This document shows positions 58,211-64,000 of a DNA stretch of 64,000 bases, piece after piece; within the stretch, counting starts at the first letter, position 1, and every line of letters starts with the position of its first letter. Source of the stretch: an uncultured Gemmatimonadales bacterium. Lineage in GTDB: Bacteria; Gemmatimonadota; Gemmatimonadetes; Gemmatimonadales; GWC2-71-9. The position numbers were made by a program, and so were the translations under genes. Location of the stretch: the NCBI GenBank assembly GCA_963771275.1, contig CAVYSW010000009.1:32001-96000 (forward strand), written 5' to 3'. Under the pieces are notes generated by a model, which saw only the letters and a program-made list of their open reading frames with translations, was not told where the DNA came from and did not search any database.

Positions 58211-59647
58211 TCACAGCATCAGCAGCCGCAGCTCGGTCATTTCCTCGATGGCGTAGCGCATCCCCTCGCGGCCCAGCCCGGACTGCTTCACCCCGCCGTA
58301 CGGCATGTGGTCCACGCGGAAGCCCGAGATGTCGTTCACCGCGACGCCGCCCACGTCCAGCGCCTCGAAGGCCTGCCACGCGCGCTTGACACTGCCGGTG
58401 AACACGCCGGCCTGGAGCCCGTAGGGCGAGTCGTTCACGGTCGCCACCGCCTCGGCGAAGTCGTCGTACGGCCGGACCGTCACGACCGGGGCGAAGACCT
58501 CTTCGCAGTTCACCTTCATCGCGGAGCTGGTGTCGAGCAGCACGGTGGGCTCCAGCACCGCGCCCTTCCGGGCGCCGCCGGTGGCCAGCCGCGCGCCGGC
58601 CGCCACGGCTTCCTTGATCCACGCTTCGGCGCGCACCGCCGCGGCCTCGTCGATCATCGGCCCGAGGTCGGCCTGCTCGTCGAGCGGCGCCCCGACCTTG
58701 AGCGCCTTGACCCGCGGGACCAGCCGGCTCACGAACGCGTCGAACACGGACCGCTGCACCAGGATCCGCTGCACCGAGATGCACGACTGGCCCGCGTAGG
58801 CAAAGCCGCCCGCCGCGCAGCGCGCCGCCGCGTGGTCGAGGTCGGCGTCGGCCTCGACGATCACCCCGGCGTTTCCGCCCAGCTCCAGCGCCACCTTCTT
58901 GCGGGCCGCCTTCTCGCGGATCGCCCAGCCGGCCCGGGCGGAGCCGGTGAACGTGATCATCCGGATCCGGGGATCGTCCAGCAGCGGCGCGGCATCCTCC
59001 ACGCTGCACTGCACCAGGTTCACGCCGCCCCCCGGGTAGCCGCAGTCCCGCAGGGCCTCGCCCAGCAGCAGCACGCACAGCGGGTCTTGCGGCGGCGTCT
59101 TCACCACGATGGTGGCGCCGCACGCCATGGCGGGCGCGATCTTGTGGGCCGCGAGGAGCAGCGGGAAGTTGAACGGCACGATGCCGGCAATCGGGGCCAG
59201 CGGGAAGCGGCGCGTGATGCCCCAGCGCCCCGTCCCATGCGGCATCCGGTCGAGCGGGATCACGTCGCCGCCGATCCGCATCGCCTCGGCGGCGGCGTCC
59301 CGGTAGATGAACAGCATGCGGTCTACTTCGACGCGCGCCTGCGCGATCGGCTTGCCGGCTTCCAGCGCGAGCAGCACCGCCAGCTCCGCGCGCCGCGCCG
59401 CCGCGGCGTCGTGGATCCGCTGGAGCGCTTCCGCCCGCTTGTACGACGGCAGCGCGCGGGCCTCGGGGGCCGCCCGCGCGGCCGCGGCGATCGCGCGGGT
59501 GACGTCGGCCCGCGTGGCGGCGCCCGCCACGCCCACCGTGCCGCCGTCGTGGGGAGCGCGAATCGGCACCGGCTTCCCGCCACCGGGAACCAGCTCGCCG
59601 TCGATCAGCAGCGGATAACTGCGCGCGGGATCGGGGATATCCGTCAT
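58211..59647 (-). CDS. Aldehyde dehydrogenase family protein
   Basis: PFNFP, FTGS, LELGGN, GQSCIS, EEVFAP, PYGGVKQSG. Confidence 0.95.
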   Translation of the reverse strand: MTDIPDPARSYPLLIDGELVPGGGKPVPIRAPHDGGTVGVAGAATRADVTRAIAAAARAAPEARALPSYKRAEALQRIHDAAAARRAELAVLLALEAGKPIAQARVEVDRMLFIYRDAAAEAMRIGGDVIPLDRMPHGTGRWGITRRFPLAPIAGIVPFNFPLLLAAHKIAPAMACGATIVVKTPPQDPLCVLLLGEALRDCGYPGGGVNLVQCSVEDAAPLLDDPRIRMITFTGSARAGWAIREKAARKKVALELGGNAGVIVEADADLDHAAARCAAGGFAYAGQSCISVQRILVQRSVFDAFVSRLVPRVKALKVGAPLDEQADLGPMIDEAAAVRAEAWIKEAVAAGARLATGGARKGAVLEPTVLLDTSSAMKVNCEEVFAPVVTVRPYDDFAEAVATVNDSPYGLQAGVFTGSVKRAWQAFEALDVGGVAVNDISGFRVDHMPYGGVKQSGLGREGMRYAIEEMTELRLLML

Positions 59648-59783
59648 GACATGAGCCTCGTGAGGGCGGGTTCAAACCGGACGACGCTGAACAGATAACC
59701 CCGGGTCGCGGCCGTGCAAGCCGCCGGCCCTTGCGGCGACCGGGCGCGCGGACGCAACCTGTGGCGCCCATTCGGAGGTTCCC

Positions 59784-60857
59784 ATGCGCCGCTTCGCATC
59801 CGCCCTGCTCCCGCTCCTCATCCTCGCGGCGCCCGCCGCGCTCCCGGCTCCGCTCGCCGCCCAGGCGCGCCCGTTCCTCGTGGGATCGATCACCGCCCGC
59901 CCGGGCGAGAAGGCGTCGGGCTATCTCGACGTCCCCGCGGGCGTCGACAGCGGCACCCGGATCCCGGTGACCGTGATCCAGGGACGCGAGCCGGGTCCCG
60001 TGCTCGCGCTCATCGGAGGGACGCACGGCGTCGAGTACAACCCGATGCTCGCGCTCCAGCGGGTTCGGCGGGACCTCGATCCCGCCAGTCTCCACGGCAC
60101 CGTGATCATCGTGCACGTCGCCAACCTGCCGTCGTTCCAGCGCCGCACGATCTACTACAGCCCAGTGGACTGGAAGAACCTGAACCGCGTCTACCCCGGG
60201 AAGCGCGACGGCACGGTGTCCGAGCGGATCGCCTGGACGATCACCCACGAGGTGATCGACCGGTGTGACTACCTGGTGGACATGCACTCGGGCGACGGCA
60301 ACGAGGATCTGCTTTCCTACGACTACTGGAACCGGCAGGGCCTCGACGCGCGCACCGATTCGATCGGCCGCGAGATGGCGATGGCGTGGGGCAGCCACGG
60401 CATCGTGATCGACACCGAGCGGCCGCGCGACCGCGACGCGTCGCTCTACACTCAGAACACGGCGCAGCTGCGCGGCAAGCCGTCGATCACGGCGGAGGAC
60501 GGCTACCTGGGGCTGGTCCGCGAGGACATGATCCAGCGCAACTACGAGGGCGCCTTCCGGATCCTGCGCTACCTCACGATGCTCCCGGGCCCCGCCGCGT
60601 TCACCGACCACCCCGTCTGGTACGACCCGACGGTCGTGCTGCAGAGCCCGGCGACCGGCATGTGGTTCCCGCTCGTCGCGGTGGGACAGTGGGTGCCCGC
60701 GGGCAAGATCGTGGGGTACGTGACCGACTACTTCGGCGAGCGCATCGCCGACGTCACCGCGCCGTTCGCGGGCGTGATGCTCTACGTCGTGATGACGCCG
60801 CCCACGATGCAGGGCGAGCCCGTGGGAATGGTGGGAACACCCTCACCCCAGCCCTGA
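59784..60857 (+). CDS. Succinylglutamate desuccinylase/aspartoacylase (M14-like), secreted
   Basis: GTHGVE, NLNRVYPG, VDMHSG; C-terminal biotinyl-like barrel. Confidence 0.88.
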   Translation: MRRFASALLPLLILAAPAALPAPLAAQARPFLVGSITARPGEKASGYLDVPAGVDSGTRIPVTVIQGREPGPVLALIGGTHGVEYNPMLALQRVRRDLDPASLHGTVIIVHVANLPSFQRRTIYYSPVDWKNLNRVYPGKRDGTVSERIAWTITHEVIDRCDYLVDMHSGDGNEDLLSYDYWNRQGLDARTDSIGREMAMAWGSHGIVIDTERPRDRDASLYTQNTAQLRGKPSITAEDGYLGLVREDMIQRNYEGAFRILRYLTMLPGPAAFTDHPVWYDPTVVLQSPATGMWFPLVAVGQWVPAGKIVGYVTDYFGERIADVTAPFAGVMLYVVMTPPTMQGEPVGMVGTPSPQP

Positions 60858-60869
60858 CCCGCCCGCCCG

Positions 60870-60930
60870 GGGGGGAGCGGGGCAGAGGGGAGAGGGGCAG
60901 AGGCCCTCACCCCTGCCCCGCTACCCCGCT
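60870..60930. repeat. Inverted purine/pyrimidine 7-mer arrays (AGGGGCAG-type)
   Basis: gggggagcggggcagagggggagaggggcagag-gc-cctcacccctgccccgctaccccgct; similar elements at 17881-17940 and 22131-22185. Confidence 0.7.
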
Positions 60931-60932
60931 CA

Positions 60933-61826
60933 TCATTCCAGGCGCACCGCCTCCCGAACCGTGTTGACGTGAATCTCCACCGTGTCCCGCTCGTTCGCGG
61001 CGTACCCTCCCGCGAGGGTCACGGCGACGGGGATGCCGCGCGCGCGCGCCGCCTCGAGCACGAGCGCGTCGCGCCGCCTGAGCCCGTCGATCGTGAGGGC
61101 GAGCCCACCCAACTGGTCTCGCTCGTAGGGATCGGCGCCCGCGAGGTAGACGACCAGGTCGGGGGCGTGGCGGTCGAGGATGTCCGGGAGGTGCCGCGCG
61201 AGCAGCGCCCGGTAATCGTCGTCACCGGTCTCGTCCGGCAGGCCGAGGTCGAGATCGCTCGGCGGCTTCCAGGCGGGGTAGTTGTTCTGCTGGTGCATCG
61301 AGAACGTGAACACCGACGCGTCGCCCGTGAAGATCGCGGCGGTGCCGTTGCCGTGGTGCACGTCGAGGTCCACCACCGCGGCGCGGCGGATCACGCCATC
61401 GCGCTGCAGCATGCGGATCGCGATCGCGACGTCGTGGATCAGGCAGAATCCCTCGCCATGATCCGGGAACGCGTGGTGGTAGCCCCCGCCCAGGTGGACC
61501 GCGACGCCGTCCCCGAGGGCGGCGCGCGCGGTGCGCAGCGTGCCGCCGGCGCAGAGCCACATGCCGTCCCGCAGCGCGGCGGAGAACGGCACCTCGAGCG
61601 TCATCCGCTCCATCGGCGACAGCCGGTCCGCTCGGATCTTCGCGACGTATTCCGCCGTGTGCACCAGCCGCACGTCGTCGTCGGTCACCGGCTCGGGAGT
61701 GACGCAGTCGTCCGCACCCACGATCCGCTCGGCCAGCAGCCACTCGCGCACCAGGCGGTACTTGCGGGTCGGGAAGACGTGGACACCGATGTCCACTTCG
61801 TAGCCGGGATGATGGATCACCTGCAT
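60933..61826 (-). CDS. Histone deacetylase family protein
   Basis: HVFPTRKY, GGYHHA, GFC, DLDVHHGNGT, GADP...D, LAGGY. Confidence 0.93.
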   Translation of the reverse strand: MQVIHHPGYEVDIGVHVFPTRKYRLVREWLLAERIVGADDCVTPEPVTDDDVRLVHTAEYVAKIRADRLSPMERMTLEVPFSAALRDGMWLCAGGTLRTARAALGDGVAVHLGGGYHHAFPDHGEGFCLIHDVAIAIRMLQRDGVIRRAAVVDLDVHHGNGTAAIFTGDASVFTFSMHQQNNYPAWKPPSDLDLGLPDETGDDDYRALLARHLPDILDRHAPDLVVYLAGADPYERDQLGGLALTIDGLRRRDALVLEAARARGIPVAVTLAGGYAANERDTVEIHVNTVREAVRLE

Positions 61827-61829
61827 GCG

Positions 61830-61955
61830 TCACCACCCTGCGCTCAGGCGGCGCTGCAGCGGGCGGCCGCGAAAGCAGCCTTGCGCCGCGAGGGGCCCGC
61901 CGCTCGACAGGAGCAGCAGCCAGCTCGTGAGCAGCAGCAGTCGTCGCATCGTCAT
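61830..61955 (-). pseudogene. Probable truncated secreted-protein remnant or leader peptide, 41 aa
   Basis: AAGGA RBS; MTMRRLLLLTSWLLLLSSGGPLAA-QGCFRGRPLQRRLSAGW*: a complete signal peptide with only 17 mature residues. Confidence 0.45.
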
Positions 61956-62112
61956 GGGTCCTTGCGGGGGTCGCCTCGGGTTCCAGCGGGATGCTCGCCC
62001 GGCGGAGCGCCGCGCCGCAAGGGGGCCCGCCCATCGCGTCCCGACTTTCGGCCTCGGCTGGCGGGCTTAGCTTTCAGCGTTCCCGTACCCGGCTCTCACC
62101 TCCGGATCTGCC

Positions 62113-63426
62113 ATGACCGAGCTCGCCGAAACCGCCGCCTCGCTGCTCTGGGAGGAGTGGCCGCTCCTCACCGTGGACGAGCGGGTGACGCGCTTCCGGG
62201 CGCTGCCGCCCGACGAGAGCGAGGACTTCTTCCTGAGCCTCGACCCGCGGGAGCAGGTGAACCTGATGCTCGCGCTCCCCGGCAAGGAGCGCCGCCTGTG
62301 GATCCGCCTGCTGGCCCCGGACGACGCGGCCGACCTACTGCAGGAGGCGCCCGCCGAGCAGCGCGCCGGGCTGCTGGACCTGCTCGACGACCCGACGCGG
62401 GCGGAGGTGCGTGCCCTGCTCGCGTACGCCGAGGACGAGGCCGGCGGGCTGATGAACCCGCGGTTCGCGCGCGTCCGGCCCGACATGACCGTGGGCGAAG
62501 CGATCCGCTACCTGCGACATCAGGCGGCCCAGCTCGAGACGTTGTACTACGTCTACGCGCTCGACGAGCAGCAGCACCTGGTGGGTGTGCTCTCCGTCCG
62601 GCAGCTGTTTCAGCACACGGACGACAAGCTCGTGCGCGACATCATGGACGGCGACGTGATCACCGTGCCGGAAACGATGGATCAGGAGGCGGTCGGCCGG
62701 CTGTACGTCGAGCAGGACTTCGCGGCCATTCCGGTGACGGACACGGCGGGTCGCATGAAGGGGATCATCACGTTCGACGACATCGCCGACGTGGTGCGCG
62801 AAGAGGCGACCGAAGACATTCAGAAGATCGGCGCCGTGCAGGCCCTCGAGGAGCCGTACCTCACCGCGCGGCTCCAAGACCTGGTGAAGAAGCGCGCCGG
62901 ATGGCTCTCGATCCTGTTTCTCGGCGAGATGCTCACGGCGACCGCGATGGGCTACTTCGAGCGCGAGATCGCCCGCGCCGTGGTGCTCGCGCTGTTCGTC
63001 CCCCTGATCATCAGCAGCGGCGGCAACTCGGGCTCGCAGGCCTCGACGCTCGTGATCCGCGCGATGGCGCTGGGCGAGGTCAAGCTGCGGGACTGGTGGC
63101 GCATTCTGGGCCGCGAGATCGGCGCCGGCCTCGCGCTCGGGGCCGTGCTCGGCACGATCGGGCTGATTCGCATCCTGGTGTGGCAGGCCGTGGGCCACCC
63201 CTATGGCGAGCACTATCTGGCGGTGGCGTTCACGGTGTCCTTGAGTCTCGTGGGCGTCGTGCTGTGGGGCAGTGTCTCGGGGTCCATGCTGCCGTTCGTG
63301 CTGCGCCGGGCCGGGCTCGACCCCGCGAGCGCCTCCGCGCCGTTCGTCGCCACCCTGGTGGACGTGACCGGGCTGATCATCTACTTCACGGTCGCGAGCG
63401 TGCTGCTGCACGGCCGGCTGCTGTAG
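62113..63426 (+). CDS. mgtE: Magnesium transporter
   Basis: AGGLM CBS pair, KRAGWL, SGGNSGSQ, DPASASAPFVATLVD. Confidence 0.95.
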   Translation: MTELAETAASLLWEEWPLLTVDERVTRFRALPPDESEDFFLSLDPREQVNLMLALPGKERRLWIRLLAPDDAADLLQEAPAEQRAGLLDLLDDPTRAEVRALLAYAEDEAGGLMNPRFARVRPDMTVGEAIRYLRHQAAQLETLYYVYALDEQQHLVGVLSVRQLFQHTDDKLVRDIMDGDVITVPETMDQEAVGRLYVEQDFAAIPVTDTAGRMKGIITFDDIADVVREEATEDIQKIGAVQALEEPYLTARLQDLVKKRAGWLSILFLGEMLTATAMGYFEREIARAVVLALFVPLIISSGGNSGSQASTLVIRAMALGEVKLRDWWRILGREIGAGLALGAVLGTIGLIRILVWQAVGHPYGEHYLAVAFTVSLSLVGVVLWGSVSGSMLPFVLRRAGLDPASASAPFVATLVDVTGLIIYFTVASVLLHGRLL

Positions 63427-63576
63427 GCTTCACGTGCGCTTCACGCCACCTTGCGGGAGGGCGCGATACGTTAGCGCCGTCCGTCGCCCGGCCGCTCGCG
63501 TCCGGACGGTCCGTTCCCCGGGAGGCTGCATGACCCCTGACGATCGCCAGCCGCGTTCAGCCCGCGTGAGCCCGCC

Positions 63577-64000
63577 ATGCTGAGCTTCAGCTCGTTCGAC
63601 GAGGCCGCGGCGTTCCTGCGCGCGCGCGAGATCGCCATGGTCGATCTCAAGTTCTGCGACCTGTGGGGGCGCTGGCACCACGTCACGCTGCCGGCCAAGC
63701 GGTTCCAGCCCTGGCTGCTGGAGCGCGGCGTGGGATTCGACGGGTCCGCCCTCGGCTTCAAGCCGGTCAAGGCGGGCGACATGCTGCTCGTCCCCGACCT
63801 CGCGGCGGCATTCATCGATCCGTGGTGCGAGGTCCCCACGCTCTCGTTCATCTGCCAGACCTACGAAGCGAGCACCACGCGGGAGCTGTTCCCCTACGAT
63901 CCGCGCAACATCGCGCATCGCGCGGAGGAGCACCTCCGGGCGAGCGGCCTCGCGGACCGCAGCGTGTGGGGACCGGAGTTCGAGTTCTACCTGTTCGACG
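63577..64000 (+). CDS. glnA: Glutamine synthetase type I, 5' part
   Basis: MLSFSSFDEAAAFL...VDLKFCDLWGRWHHVTLP...GFDGSALGF...DMLLVPD...DPRNIA...WGPEFEFYLFD. Confidence 0.93.
   Translation, partial: MLSFSSFDEAAAFLRAREIAMVDLKFCDLWGRWHHVTLPAKRFQPWLLERGVGFDGSALGFKPVKAGDMLLVPDLAAAFIDPWCEVPTLSFICQTYEASTTRELFPYDPRNIAHRAEEHLRASGLADRSVWGPEFEFYLFD

Overview
High-GC (visually ~70%) bacterial chromosomal segment. Gene style suggests Gemmatimonadota (inference only). The left ~11.7 kb is the most interesting part. It holds a minus-strand cluster of secreted DUF11/TIGR01451-type proteins: a Gly-rich head protein, a 62-aa Zn-ribbon microprotein, a small single-domain protein, a 414-aa subunit and a large multi-domain protein cut by the window edge. 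Their strand arrangement suggests a donor-strand-complemented, Lys-Asn isopeptide-crosslinked fibre (tip/shaft/base). Each of its three transcription units has a sigma54 -24/-12 promoter, an AT-rich IHF-like tract and a shared GTTAC-N5/6-GTAAC-N7-GTAAC enhancer. Next to it lie an NtrC-family activator and a divergent REC-Hpt-hybrid kinase phosphorelay. The rest is mostly housekeeping and accessory genes: nirK with a SufR-like regulator, three tandem small membrane paralogues, penicillin acylase, gltA, a TIGR03545/03546 pair, an acyl-CoA ligase, a menF-D-H-B-A-E operon lacking menC, M28 peptidases, tRNA-Thr and tRNA-Leu, an NfuA-like gene, a BNR-repeat protein, rocD with tandem ARG boxes, dodecin, a K+ channel, a DEAD-box helicase, a membrane-anchored BTAD regulator, an aldehyde dehydrogenase, an HDAC-family protein, mgtE and partial glnA. 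Many intergenic spaces hold inverted arrays of 7-bp repeats. No CRISPR array, integrase or transposase was seen. All family assignments come from motif recognition by eye, not database searches.
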